From NCBI GenBank assembly GCA_028534125.1, contig CM052833.1:18228001-18292000 (forward strand): 64,000 nucleotides of DNA, read 5' to 3'. Positions 1 through 12,568 of this stretch are shown in pieces (position 1 is the stretch's first letter; every line of letters starts with the position of its first letter). The DNA comes from Lama glama (lineage: Eukaryota). The notes under the pieces are model-generated. The model ran no database searches, was not told the origin of the DNA, and worked only from the letters and a program-made list of their open reading frames with translations. The position numbers were made by a program, and so were the translations under genes.

Positions 1-1039
1 GCTTTCCTAGGATGGGTGCATCCTCGCATCTTTACCTCTGAGCCCCCGAAGCGTTTTGCAGTGGGTGCTGGAGGCAGCCCCGCCCTCCCAGCTGGGACCG
101 GCCGCACAGATCCCCTAGGGAGGGCTCAGGGTGGGTTACTGTTCCTGCACCCAGCGGGTGGAGTCTGTGATTCAGTTAGCGGCAGCACAGCATACACCAG
201 GATGGACTTAGCTGTAGCCAGGCGGACAGTGGGGAGGACAGAGCTTCCTTCACTGCCGGTGGGAAAGCTGGCTTTGAGGTGAGGGAGCGCCCTCCTCCAT
301 GCTGTCTTCACCTCCCCTAGACGCTTCCCTCCAGACATTTCAGGCTTCAGTGGAAAGCAGAGCTCTCACATTTTTATCCTGGAGTCTCCCTGTCTCTTTG
401 CAACTCTGCCTGCCAGGGCAGATCCCGTGGTCCCTGTTTCTAAATGGGTTAATGTCACCTCAGAGTCCCCCAAGGTGACTTTTAAGAATAGATTAAAAAA
501 GGCGAGGATGTGAACGCATTGATTTTCTATCCAAATCAGTCCCTGGAGAGCAGTAAGCAGAGACACAAGATCTGCTTTGTTATGATTCTCTGAGGGTTCC
601 CTGGGGGCAGGAAGATGAATCAGGAGGGGGATTTTGTGAATTTTTCTTAGTTGAGATCTCCTGTGGGACCAAACACAGGTGAGGCCCCAGCCCGGGACCC
701 CACGGCAGACCTCCAGACAGCAGCTCTTCAAGGACAGGGAGGGGCACGCTGGGTCCTTCTCTTCCAGACCTGCGTCTTTGGGTGGTACATAATCTTTGTT
801 TCAGTCTGATCTCTTTTCTTCTTCTTTCGTTAACACTTAAAACTGCTTTGTGTTTATTCCAGGATAGATCAAAAAAGCAAAAATGTAGCTAACAAGAACT
901 GTGCTTCTCACACTTGGAGAAAGGCAGTACCCATAAGCTTAGGGGCAGCCTGGGGTAAGCCCTGCAGTGTTGGATTGGAATGAGAGATCCAGGACCAACT
1001 CACGTCTTTAATACACATGCATGGAGGCAGGCACCCGTG

Positions 1040-1335
1040 GGTAGCAACTTGATATGTGACGTAGAAGTCACTGCATAGAAGGATGGACTAGTCAATACAG
1101 GGGGCTGGGACAAGTGCTTATCCACATGAAAACGGTGGCCTACCTCACACCATAACAAAAACAAATGCCAGATGTATTAAAAACTTAAATATGAGTTAAA
1201 ATATTAAAACTCTTTAAAGACTATATAATAACATATCATTATGTCCTTTTGGGAGAAGTTTGAATATTTTTTAAAAATCAAGACACAAAAAAGCACAAAA
1301 AGTGATGACAACTTAGATCCCATTAAAATTGGAAG
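1040..1335 (+). mobile_element. Old L1 (L1M) ORF2 3' fragment
   Basis: tacctcacaccataacaaaaacaaatgccagatgtattaaaaacttaaat resembles the L1 ORF2 3' region. It is A-rich on + and heavily diverged. Confidence 0.7.
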
Positions 1336-2115
1336 AAATGTGCTTCCTCAACAGGTGCAGGGAAAAAGGTGACGAGCAGGCCACAGTCTGGAAGACAAGG
1401 AGTGTGATACACTGACGTCGCTAAGGAGTAACCAGAGAATCAGAAAGTGTGGAGTCCGACCTCTTTAAGAGGACAGTCTGTTCCCCGGAATAGCTGTTCG
1501 CCAGGTGGGAGCTGCTTTAGGGGAGAAGAGAGGAGGGGCTGCTGGTTCAGACCTTCAAAGTTTACAGTAGCAAGAAAGCAGATGAAAGTTCAGGGCCTGC
1601 AGAGGGTCCCAGTGATAAGGCTTTGAGCAGCAGCTGAGCCGGCCCGGGAGGGAGGGAGCTGGGCCCCAAGGGCGTCCAGAAACCCCCTCTCAGGGAAGCC
1701 AAGCCCGGAGACCCCCTTCTGGGAAGGAGGATCTTTGGATGAGCAGAACAGTAAGTCTTCCTGGAACATAGTTTTGGCTCGGGATTCTGTATTTCTTCCA
1801 TCCCTTTGCCTCGAAGAGTATTAGATTGCTTCTGAAAGGGAAGGAAAAACTCATTAAAATGTGTATTGTTTTTCCTATTAATTATGCTTTTTTAAAAACT
1901 AAAGCATCCTAACGTTGCCTCACCCCCCCCCACGGGCTCTCCCTTCCTTTCTCCCCACCTTCCCCCGCCACCTCTCCCTGCAGACTGTTCAACCAGGGAC
2001 CTGCTTTCATGGGGGGCAGCTTGTGAATACGGGTTGTCTCAGTGGGTCCTCTGCAATCACCCTCGTTTATAAAGATTAGGAAAAGTGAATAACTTCCCTT
2101 AAAAAAAATTGGAGT

Positions 2116-2260
2116 GGGAGGGTGTAGCTCAGTGGTACAGCCCATGCCCAGCAGGCACAAGGTCCTGGGCTCAGTCCCCAGTACCTCCATGAAGGATGAA
2201 TCAGTCAATGAAAACCTAATTACCTCCCCCCAATATTAAAAAGGAACAAAACCCCCCAAA
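2116..2260 (+). mobile_element. tRNA-Ala-derived camelid SINE (vic-1-like), long form
   Basis: The head gggagggtgtagctcagtggt...ggtcctgggctcagtccccagtacctcc is followed by aaacctaattacctccccc and an A-rich tail. It matches the copy at 5104. Confidence 0.85.
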
Positions 2261-3539
2261 ATGGATTCCAAGGCTTGTCTTCTTCTCTAGAGCCTAGAAA
2301 ACATTCAGTGGTCCCGTGTGAAGGAGAAAAAGAGTTAAAGGAGTTTCCCCAGCTTTCCTTATTTTTATATCCAGGACTGAGTAGAAAAATCAGACCCTTC
2401 CTAGATCGCTGGCCCCTTGGAGTCGGGGCGTGCTCTCGTCTGTGTTTAGAAAGCATGTCAAGACTGATTGAATTATCTAATTAAAACAATGACCACAGAG
2501 GGCCTGTTTATTTTGGCCCAGGGAAGGTCAGCTCAGCCGGCCCCTTGTCTGTCCTGCTGAGGGTCCCCTTCCCCTTCCTGACTCAAGGCCCCTGAAGGAC
2601 TCAGCTCTGAATAAAAATGTGAGGGTGGGACCCACGTCCACCAGTGGGGTACGACTCACTCCGGCTGGGACTGTGGTGGCTCTGTAGGACGCGGAGACAT
2701 AGTCTTGAGAGACGTAGAGGGTGCAAAATTCAGGCGATTATGATTGTCAGTCTGTGAGAAATTGGCAATTGTTCCACCAGCTGGCTGAGCTGACTGTAGT
2801 CTTGATTGCATGCTCTGTGCGCTATGAAGTTAAAACTTAAGATCCACAAGGCAAGTTCACAAATAACAAGTTAAAAATAAAGCCAGACAAATTTCTTCTA
2901 TGATTTAGAGACGACTGGAGAGCCAGATACCTGTCGGCCTCGCTTGTCATGAGGTTGCCCAGGCCGGGCTGCTTCGGGGGCTGTGGTCGTTCCTTGGTCC
3001 CCAGGCTCCCGCTGAGGACAGGGCATCGATGGTGCTCATTACAGTCAAGCCAGATCAGGTGTCCGGGCCTGGAGTAGAAGTGGGGGCACGGATTACGAAC
3101 ACAGTCTGCGTGCTTCCTGGCAGTGCAGCGTCCCTGGCCGTGAGCCTGGCCCAGGTGTAAGGAGGTTTCTGTGCGCGTGAGAAGTGTCCCGTTGGTCCTG
3201 CAGTTATTCAGTGAAGGGCTCCCTTTGGGGTGGGGGTCCAGTATCCTACAAGTCCTCAGAACACAGGTCCCAACCTTTAAAAGCAGCAGCCTGCCCGCCT
3301 GGTGGACGGGAGTGGGCCCCGTTTCTACGTTGGTGGTTTTTCCTTTAACACGTAATGATTATCTCCTATGAAATACCCGCGATGACTCACTGAACGAGGT
3401 TTTGGATACTCAGCAAGGGTAGTTGACTCACACTGTGACGGCATTTCCCACGGTTCTGTGTGCCACTGTCTTCTCTGGGATGTGGGAACAGAAAAGGAGG
3501 ATGAACGCCAGGTTCTGTGGGGAACCCTCTTACGTGAGG

Positions 3540-4800
3540 TTGTCCGGATTCCCTTTCATGGTGGGTGCTCTTCACTGCTTTGCGCTGACCTAGATTTCCA
3601 CCTGCCGCCATCTTCCTTCTGCCTAACGGATTTCCTGTAGCATTTCTTGCGGGACAGATCTGCTGGGAATGAATTCATCCAGCTTTTTTGTCTTTTCTTT
3701 TCTTTTTTTTTTAATGTCTGAAAAAGTCTATTTTGTCTTCATTTTTGAAAGCTTTTTTTGAACGTTTTTTTCTGGATGTAAAATTCAAGGGTGACAGTTT
3801 TTTCCCCCCCCTTTTAGTATTTTAAAGATGTTGAAACAGTTTTCTGACTTGCATTGTTTCTGAAAAGAAAATTGCTGTCATTTTAACCTTCCTCCCTCTG
3901 TATGTAATGTGTCAGTTGTCTCTGACTGCTTTGAAGATTTTTCTCTGTACCACTGGTTTTAAGCAGCTTCATTATGATGTGCCTTGGTGTAGCTTTCCTC
4001 ATATTTCTTGTGTTTGAAGTTTGTTGAGTTTTTTGATCTGTGGAATTAGCATTTCATCAACTGTGGAAAAAATGTGGCCATCATTTCTTCAATATTTTTC
4101 TGCCTGTCACCATCGGGGATTCCAATGACCTACTTATTAAGCCTCTGAGTTTCACAGCTCAGGGATGTTCAGTTCATTATTTGTTTTGTTTTTGTTGCTG
4201 TTGTTCAGTGTTTCATGCTTGATTATATGGGTACGCGTTGATTTCTTTGCAGTTCTGCTGTTAATTTCATCCAACTGCATTTTTCATTTCAGATATTATA
4301 TTTTTACCTCTATTTTTCATCCTGATTCGAATCTTTATTATATCTGCCATGTCTCCTTAAAGTGTTTATGCCTTCCTCTGCCTTTTTGATCATGTGGAAT
4401 AGTTAAAATACCTGTTGAATGTCCACTAACTGTATTCTTTGGATCCTCTCTGGGTGCTGATTCATTTCTCTTTTCGCTATGCGTTGTCCTGCTTATTTGC
4501 ATGACTGGTCACTTTTGATTGGACGCTAGACATTTTACCTTCTACGGTGCTGCGGTTTTGGTATTCGTTTAACTATTTTGGGCTTTGTTCTGGAGTGCAG
4601 TCCGGTTACTCAGAAGCCATTGGACCCTTACGAGGGTTGCTTTCAAGTTTGGTTAGGTGGGACCAGAGTGGCCCCTGGGCTAGGGCCGATTTTTCTCTAT
4701 ACCTGAAAGCCTGTCTAGTGTGACGCTGCCCCTCTGCCCGGCGAACGCCAGCGCCTGGGCTCCCCTGAATTCTCAAGTGTCTCTCCACAACTCACAGAGA
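3540..4800 (-). mobile_element. Old L1 (L1M) 5'/ORF1 region, antisense
   Basis: T-rich tract with gatctgctgggaatgaattcatccagcttt...tctattttgtcttcatttttgaaag, typical of antisense L1M ORF1. It is homologous in places to the element at 42.3-42.8 kb. Confidence 0.75.
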
Positions 4801-4859
4801 CCCTGGGGCTCAGTGTGGGTGCCGCTGCCTGGAAGCTCTCTCTAGGCAGCAGGCTGGCA

Positions 4860-4995
4860 GGAGTGTGCTTGGCTTATTTTAGGAGCAGAGAGGAGGCCAG
4901 TGCAGCTGGAACTGAGTGAACGAATGGGCGGGTCAGTGGTCCCCGCTGTGGTCAAAGGGACAGTTGGGAGCTTGCAGGCCTTGCAGTTACAATGG
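4860..4995 (-). mobile_element. L2 fragment
   Basis: ggagcagagaggaggccagtgcagctggaactgagtgaa resembles antisense L2. Confidence 0.5.
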
Positions 4996-5103
4996 AACAA
5001 GTAGCCTCAAAGTGAGTATCTGCAGTTAGATATGAAAACACACATTATGTTGCAGTGTTTGATTTTTACTCGTTGCTACTGATATAAATGTTCTATAACT
5101 AGT

Positions 5104-5264
5104 GGGGAGGGTATTGCTCAGTGGTAGAGTGCATGCTTAGCATGCATGAGGTCTTGGGTTCAATCCCCAGTACCTCTGTTAAATAGATATACAAACCTAA
5201 TTACCTCCCCCCACCAACAAAATTTAAATAAAATTTTAAAAAAATTGAAAAATAAATTTAAAAA
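5104..5264 (+). mobile_element. tRNA-Ala-derived camelid SINE (vic-1-like), long form, with target-site duplication
   Basis: tRNA-Ala(AGC)-like head with B box ggttcaatccc, then aaacctaattacctcccccc and an A-rich tail. It is flanked by an exact direct repeat gttctataacta at 5090-5101 and 5265-5276. Confidence 0.92.
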
Positions 5265-6023
5265 GTTCTATAACTAATAGTTACTGTAAAAATTAGGCTG
5301 GAAGTTAATTTCATTTTGAAATTATTTGGGGTGATTTTCTATAACATCCCTTAAAGTGTTAGAGGCAGAGTGAATTAAAAAAAAAACAACTGGAAATACT
5401 CAGGTTGATCTAAACAGTCTTACAGATGATCAGAAAAACTGACCAGCATCTGTCCTTCAGTCTAAAGTCACACAGACATTTGTAGTTTCTGATGATCGAG
5501 AAATACAAATCCATACACTCCACAAATTCCACTGAGGTTAAACCTCACCTCATAAATAGACGGAGGCTTTTAAAACTGACACTGGGACATTCCAGCTGTG
5601 CGCTGATAAACTGTCCTCCTCCCTACTGCCCTTAGAGCCTACTGAGTATTAAGACAAGTCCGCCTTCTTGAGTCTCCCAGTCAGAAAATCCATTTCACCC
5701 GAGTGAGGACAGGCAGCCCCACTGAATCTTCCCGACTCCTGGTGGAGCCCGAAACACACCCGTCCCCGTGGAGCTGGATGCGAAGTCAGTTTCCAGGCCC
5801 TGCACCACCAGCACGGCGCCTGGGAGGGCACAGCCTTTCTGGTCTTGTGGAGGCCACCCCTGGAGAGAGGTTAAGGGGGGGACAAGACCATAAACTCCTC
5901 TCCCCAGTTATCATTCACGTCCCTGCTGTGAAACCAACCAGACCTGGAAGTGTCACAACCCCTCTTCTCCTTTACAGCCCGGCATCCTCCTCCTGCTCCC
6001 AGGGCGGAAGGTGCCCCCATCAC

Positions 6024-6210
6024 CTCCTTCTCCTGCACCCCCTCCTTCTCCTGCACCCCCTCTTCCTCCTACACCTCTCCTCCTCCTGCACCCCTTTCTC
6101 CAGCACCCCTCCTCCTCCTGTACCCCACCTCCTGCACCCCCTCCTCCTCTTGCACTCCTCCTTCTCCTGCACCCCCTCCCCCTGCACGTCCCCCTCCTGT
6201 ACCCCTCCCC
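6024..6210. repeat. C/T-rich minisatellite, about 11 degenerate 15-18 bp units (ctccttctcctgcacccc)
   Basis: The units are directly visible and the first two 18-mers are identical. Confidence 0.9.
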
Positions 6211-6556
6211 AGGATTCAGGCTCTTTCTCTGTTAACTGATGGTACGTACCAGGCGATCTGCAGGGTTTCTGCAGTTTCTGGTTCTGTGCGCCCCGCCTCG
6301 ACCCAGGTCTCCTGATGAGAAGTCTCCGTCCTTGGTTTCCTCCACAATGTGACCTGCGAGGGCAGACCTGGACTTAGCCGATAGCTGCCCAGCCATCACC
6401 TTGCAGGGAAACCTGGCTCCGGATGTGCCGAGCGTGGGGCAAAGACGGAGGGGGCCGGCGGCCCCGGGACCCCAGGCAGCTGCAATCCATGGCGCTGCTG
6501 TGGAACAACTTCGCAAATGCCAGCTCCCTCCCTGCTCCCTGCTAATCTTTGAATTC

Positions 6557-6601
6557 TGACTCAGCTGGGCTAGACCTTTCTTCTTTTGGTGGGGAATTTC
6601 C
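6557..6601. promoter_or_regulatory. Candidate enhancer motifs: AP-1/ARE (TGACTCAGC) and NF-kB (GGGAATTTCC)
   Basis: Consensus matches at 6557-6565 and 6592-6601 in non-repeat sequence. Function is inferred only. Confidence 0.35.
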
Positions 6602-8572
6602 ATTTGTCGAAGGGATTGCCTTTCTAAATATTTTGGTTCTTAACTTTTGAGAATTTTTCTGCTTTTATTAAGGTGGTTTCCTTTCTATTCACTTAACTCT
6701 TTTGCTGGGAAAGATATAGTTGCCCCCTGTGTTGGTGGAATTTCAAGTCCACCACTGATAATAAAAAGCCACAACAGTAGCTGGGGAAAAATTATTGTGA
6801 AAAGTTCCACCTGCCCCCTTTCCCTGCCCTGTTTTTGAAAGCAGAGGGCAGGCATTTCAGTGGAAACCATGACATTGCCCTGGGTAATAAAAACATCGGG
6901 GCTTTGTCTTCGGATAGCACTGATTGCTGTCTTGGGAGTCAATGTACTGATTTTTGCCCAGCAAATTATGTCACGATTGTGAGCGAGTTAACAGGTAAGG
7001 CTGCAGAATCCTTGCTACCTTCTCCCAGCTCTGGACCGCCTCTGAGCTCAGTCAACGTACTGAGGCAGCTGGGACTCCGTTACCCTCCTCGGGTCGTTCT
7101 AAGCATCCTGGGTGAGCGTTTCTCACCGGACTGTCAGCTCCTGTGCACGTTCCACCTCATTATGCACAGCGTGTTAACATTGGTCTCAAAACGCCTCGCC
7201 TGGTTTCCTGACGCCTCTGCACGTAACGCAGCACCCGTCTGCGGGGAGGTGACCTGGACCCTGCTCCAGGAGGGGCTGTGGGTTACAAGCAGGACCACCA
7301 GTCACTTGGCAGAGCCCTTGTTCGCTTGTTCATAAGAGGTGATACCTATCTGCCTCCTAAGTGGGAGCGAGGGTCAGGTGGGGAGCCATCCGGCACATTC
7401 GGAGACTTCTCTGTCAGTGAGGGTGAGGCTTGCCAGGAAGCAGAGCTGGGCCCCCTGGGCTCCGGTAAGGGGTTCTTTCTGCTTGCTTTGCCTGGTGGCT
7501 CAGAATTTAGGCTCAGCTACAAAGGGCAAAGACCAGGACTCGGCTGCCGTCTCTCTCCACTTGACTAGGGTGGGAGGCACTGGAAAGGGGCCGACACTGA
7601 TCACGGTGCAGCAGCCAGGGGGATGGGGGCCCCGTGGGTGGGCGGATCCCTGCTTCCTTCATCATTTCCTTTGAACCATCTTTTCAGACAGTGAGTGATG
7701 ACCCCATAAGTGGTGGTTCTGATAATTTCAGACTTCACACGTCAGTCCTCCTGGAGATGACCCCATGATAGTCCGAGGCCACACAGCTCTGAACTACAGA
7801 AGCAGGGGGCTCAGGCAGTGTATGAACAGAGGTCCTCGATGGGTGCCCCCAAGTGGGACGTCCTCACCAACTCGCCCAGGAGGCCTGCACATGCCCTGCA
7901 GATGGTCTCCCCGCCCCCACCCCTGCCAGGTGGCTAGGCAGAAGGATGGGGTACCAGGGCCTGAACAGACAGTGACAGCAAACACAGGCCCTCGCCCTGC
8001 TTTTGGGGGTCCCCCATCTTCAGTCCTCACCTCCACCCACTGATGGATCAGGGCTGGTCACCTCTCCTTCAGACCGAGCCAAGGCCCTGAGGGCTTTTCA
8101 GTGTAGACGGACCTCAAGAAGTCTGACCCACGGAAAGGCCCAAACGTGGTCGAGTCAGTTACCCATGCCAATCAAGAGAGTTGCCTGATACACAATTCAA
8201 GGTTGCTGCAAATCCACACATCTTTCCCCCATTGCCTGCTTGCAGTGAGCTCTGCATAAATGTTTACTGAATGACTGAATACATTAACACACAAATGAGT
8301 ATTTTGCAGTGGGTTTTGGTATTTATATTTGCACATCTGTTTGTTGCATGCTCCAAGGATTCCCAGCAGCCCTCACAGAGTAACGAAGGCACGCTACTAA
8401 CATAGATCCTGGAGACAGGAACACCAGAGCTCACACGGGCCCCCTGCTGTCCGCTGGCAGCGTCAGCCCCCAGCCTGAAGCCCAGTGTCACAGAGCTGCG
8501 AGGCGCCTCTCACCGTCCTGGATCTGGGTGGTTAAACACGTGTCTTGGGTGTCTGTCTCCTCTGGCTTCGGT

Positions 8573-9131
8573 CAGAACTGCAGACAGCGTGGCCCTCAAG
8601 AGGTGCTCACACCCTGGTTCCTGGGACCTGTGACTATGCTGTGTTACGTGTTTGCAGATGTAGTGAAGGTTAGGGACTTTGCAGTAGGAAGATGACCCTG
8701 ATGTCCGGGCGGGCCCGGTTAAATCTCACAAGCCCTCAAACGCAGAGAGCTCTGGGGTGGGTGGAGTGGAGAGATTTGAATCATGGAAAGGATTCCATGT
8801 ATGTTCCTGGTTTAAAGAGGGAGGGGCAATGAGACAGGAGTGCAGGTGACCTTAGGAGCTCAGTGGCCCTGAGATGACAACCCTTGAGGAAATGGGGGCT
8901 TGGCTCCATAACTGTGAGGACCTGAATCTGATGAGCTCGGACATGGAATCTTCCCAGAGCCTCCAGGATGGGCTGCAGCCCAGCCGACACCTGAATTTGG
9001 GGCTGTGAGAGCCACACGTTCTGAACAGGCAGAGGCCCCGACTTATGGCCAGGGAATCTGTGACTGATACGTGGTGTTGATTAGGCTGTCGAGGGGGTAA
9101 CTCGTCAGGGCAGCTCACTAACACCGACACA
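8573..9131 (+). mobile_element. ERVL-MaLR solo LTR (MLT1D/MLT1E-like)
   Basis: gggacctgtgactatgctgtgttac...tttgcagatgtagtgaaggttagggacttt...gggcgggccc and ttcccagagcctccag...cagcccagccgacacc are MLT1 hallmarks. Confidence 0.8.
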
Positions 9132-10399
9132 GATTAGCGTCACTCTGACCTTGGACGCTCGCCTGCAGCTCGGGGGCCGCAGGTGTACAGGGTCGAGCTG
9201 GGTGACCCTCAGTGCCTCCCAGCCCCCAAGTTCTAGGATTCGCTGTCAGAATTAATTGATAGAAATACCAGTATATTTTGAACTAAGGCTTTGGAGTCCA
9301 TTGGACTGGGTTCAGAGAGCCGCTTTACAGCCAAGGACGGTGCCTCTGCCCTAGGTTTCAGATCCTTTCACCCTGGCCTTGCACGGTTTTAAGGATTAAA
9401 AGGGGAAACATGCAGACAAAGGCTGGCTAACGTGTGCTTGGACAAGAGCACACGCCTTCCCCTCCTCCTTCTGACGGTTCTGCCACCCAGAGAAATGCAA
9501 GCGAGCATCTCAGCCACTTCCAGGTTTCTGTCCTCCTGGTGGCTGAGGCTTGGCCAGAACTCCAGGGACAAGAGAGTGATAGGGCTTGCCATGGCTGCAG
9601 GGAGCCCAGAGCCCACGGGGCTGCCAGAAGCAGCCCGTCTCTTCTTCCCTCTCGGGCCCTGCACCTGCCCGAGGCCCCACGTCCAGCTGGGCTGGGAGCC
9701 TGTGTCTCTCCTTCCGGGGAGCTGGGAGTTCAGCTGGCTCAGTCCCACGGCCATGGCTGCCTTCAGCTGGGGGCTGGGCTCTCGTCTTCCGGTGTTGGGT
9801 GTAGCTGTAGAACTTTCCAGGCTCTCTGGTGCTTGACTTCTTGATATTTGCCATCTCGAATCTGGAAAGCTGCCTGTTCCCGGGAGAGGCGTTTTTGGGC
9901 GGGTTCCTGGGTTTTCTGAGGCTGGAGGTCAGCTTCCTCCATCTTCCTTGCTGATGCCTTCCCACCAGTCAGACGGAGCAGGTGGTCATTCCTTTGGGGT
10001 GAGGGGAGCCCGGGCACGTGGATGGAGGCGTGAAGGGTGTCCACCTCGCCACCCCCTCACTGAGCTCACCAATGACTGGTTCCCTGGCTCCTTCTGAAAG
10101 CAGCTAGAACCTTCCTCAGGAAACTGACAGATGAAAAAACTGCAGTATTTCCTCACCCGTGGGCAGAGGTGAGTAATGACACCACACCTGACCATCTGGG
10201 GAGGCCCATCTCTGGGAAAGGCGGCAAGAAGCACTTCATTTGCGTGTAAGTTGGTGAAGTATCTAGCCCTGGCTCAGTCACGTCTTGACCCTTATATGTA
10301 ATCTGTCTCTCCCTTCTCACTGGGATGTCAATGCAGAAAGAGTCCAGAGAACAGCTGAGTCGGAGTGAGACCCCCTCAGACTCAGCCAGATTCTGAGTC

Positions 10400-10590
10400 A
10401 GATTCTGGCTCGGCCCCTCTCAGCTGTGTGACTTTGAGCAAGTTACTTAACCTTTCTGTGCCTCAGTGTCCTCATCCGTAAGGGCTGTTATGAAGATAGA
10501 AGGAATTTAACTTTGTAAATATGTAATGCATATTCACAGAACTCTGCTTGGCACAAGGCAAGCGTGTTGTGTAAGGTGAGCTGTTACTGT
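10400..10590 (+). mobile_element. MIR SINE
   Basis: MIR core agctgtgtgactttgagcaagttacttaacctttctgtgcctcagtgtcctcatccgtaa. Confidence 0.85.
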
Positions 10591-12089
10591 GGAGTCCTCA
10601 GAGGGTCTCTGCGCTGACCAGATGGTGCCGATCCCCCCGCCAGTCCTCTCGATTCCAACCAGTCAGCACGACCCCAGGAGGGGGTGGACCCCTGGACTAC
10701 CCTTCTCACCTGAGGTCCTCCCTCTGACACTTGCCACCAGGCTCAGCCCTCCCTGAGTCTCTCTCTGGAACTGGCAAGTGGTGGAATTCTGCAGACCAGG
10801 TGAGGTCACTGCTTTCTTTCTCATGCACCAGGATTGCTATTCCAGATGGATTAACTTAAAAAAAAAAGTTTGTACTTAGTACTCAATTAAAAAAAAAAAC
10901 TATGTCAAAGCTTTATTGGCTCAAGATCAGCTAAAGAAAAAAGGGGAAAAAGTTTGCCTTTCAACAGAGTGGTCCAAACTGCTGACAATCCCCCGCACCT
11001 CCGCCCCCCACCCCTGCCAAGACTTATATATGGCTTTCTTTTCTGAATTCTTTCCTTTGGTGGTTAAGACATGCAAGCATCTTTGAAGTGGGCCAGACAT
11101 GTTCTTTGCATGTGTGAGCGGTTGTGGTCTCTGCAGGGCTGGTTCAGATAAACCAGTTTCCGTATGGTTTCCAGTCAGGGGTGGGGGGTGGCTGTCCCAT
11201 GGGACCCTGTACACCATTTGATCATGGCGGACAAATAAGAGGATTTTGCAGGTGGATTCTCGCCACCCCACCCCTCCGGGATCAGTGGTCTTCAGGTCAC
11301 TGGCCACAGCATTTTGTGCAGGCTATGACCCTGGGTACCACAGGGCTCTGGGATGCAGGCTTAGTATCTGCCCCCTCCCTGTTCCTACACTGCTTCTGTG
11401 ACACAAGCTGCTTTGTGTCAGTTATTCACACGAGGCAGCAAAGCCCACAGCACAGAGGAGCATGCAGACCCGATGGGACGCCTTTCCCGTTGGCCCCCAG
11501 ACCCAATATCAGCATCCACCCTGGGGATTCCATTCGACCGTGGTTATGGGCCAGTTCCAAGTGCGTCTGAACAGGGCCCCTTCTGGTCTCTGCTGCCCCT
11601 CTCAGAGCAAAAGCTGTGATGCCATAGGTACATGTTGATTATACGTGATGAGACATGAAGTGGGTGTAGCCAGCACACAGGAGGCACTTGGGACACTTTA
11701 TTGTTACCACGATCATTATGACACGTGGCTTTCAACCGGGGTTTCAGAGAAAACCAGCCTCCACGATTGCATCCGTGATTCTCTGCGGCAGTCCCGTCCC
11801 ACATCGTTACTTCCCCAGAGTCAGCATTCCACTCTCCCACCTTACAAAAAAAATCCTGCATCCTCATGGCTGCTATGACGTGGCTACTCTCCTTCCCTAC
11901 TGAGTCAATGCCCGAGAAATTTGCTCTGACTTTTCCTCAGTTTCCTTCAAGCTTTGACTCTCCACTGCCAGGCTCCGCCACCAACAGCCCCTGAAACCAG
12001 GGCTTCCTCCCACAGCCGTGCTCGGGGCCTCAGCACTTCGCCCCCGTGTCTGCTCTGGACCATGTGACTCCGTGGCCCTGTGCCGTCCA

Positions 12090-12568
12090 CTTCGCTGTCC
12101 AGAAGGATAGCCTCCTGGGCAGAGGGTCATTGAACACTTGAAATGTGGCAGTGCACCAAGCAACTGGATTGTTCGTTTAATTTTAATTATTTCACATTTA
12201 AATTCGAATGCAGTTATTGAAAAACTTTCAGTATGACCACAACTTGGACCTATGAACCTAGTTTCTCTACTGCAAATGTTATGAAATCTAAACACAGAGC
12301 AAGCACTTCTGATGAAAATTTAGCATCCATATGGAGACGTGATAAAAGTAAAATATACACCAGTTTTCTGAGATCTGATTTGAAAAAAGGGTGTAAAAGT
12401 CTCTCAATACTTTTTATATTGATTACATTGAAATCACAATATTTTGGCTATAGGGGTTAAACACAATTTATTATTAAAATTGATTCCACCTGTTTTGATT
12501 TTCTTTTTAAAGTGGCTACTAATTAGAACCTTTGTGGCTGGCATTTTATTTCGGTCTGGATGGCACTG
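12090..12568 (+). mobile_element. hAT-Charlie DNA transposon remnant (Charlie1b/MER33-like)
   Basis: Ends resemble MER3/MER33 (cacttgaaatgtggc...; ...tggatggcactg). The internal frame TTWTYEPSFSTANVMKSKHRASTSDENLASI resembles the hAT C-terminal dimerisation domain. Confidence 0.8.

Noticed and set aside
5104-5180. Apparent tRNA-Ala(AGC) gene (also at 2116, 29470-29544 and 39590-39669)
   Set aside because: A-rich tails, target-site duplications and broken acceptor stems identify these as SINE heads, not tRNA genes.
5703-6315. Pro/Leu/Ser-rich ORFs
   Set aside because: They are translations of the C/T minisatellite.
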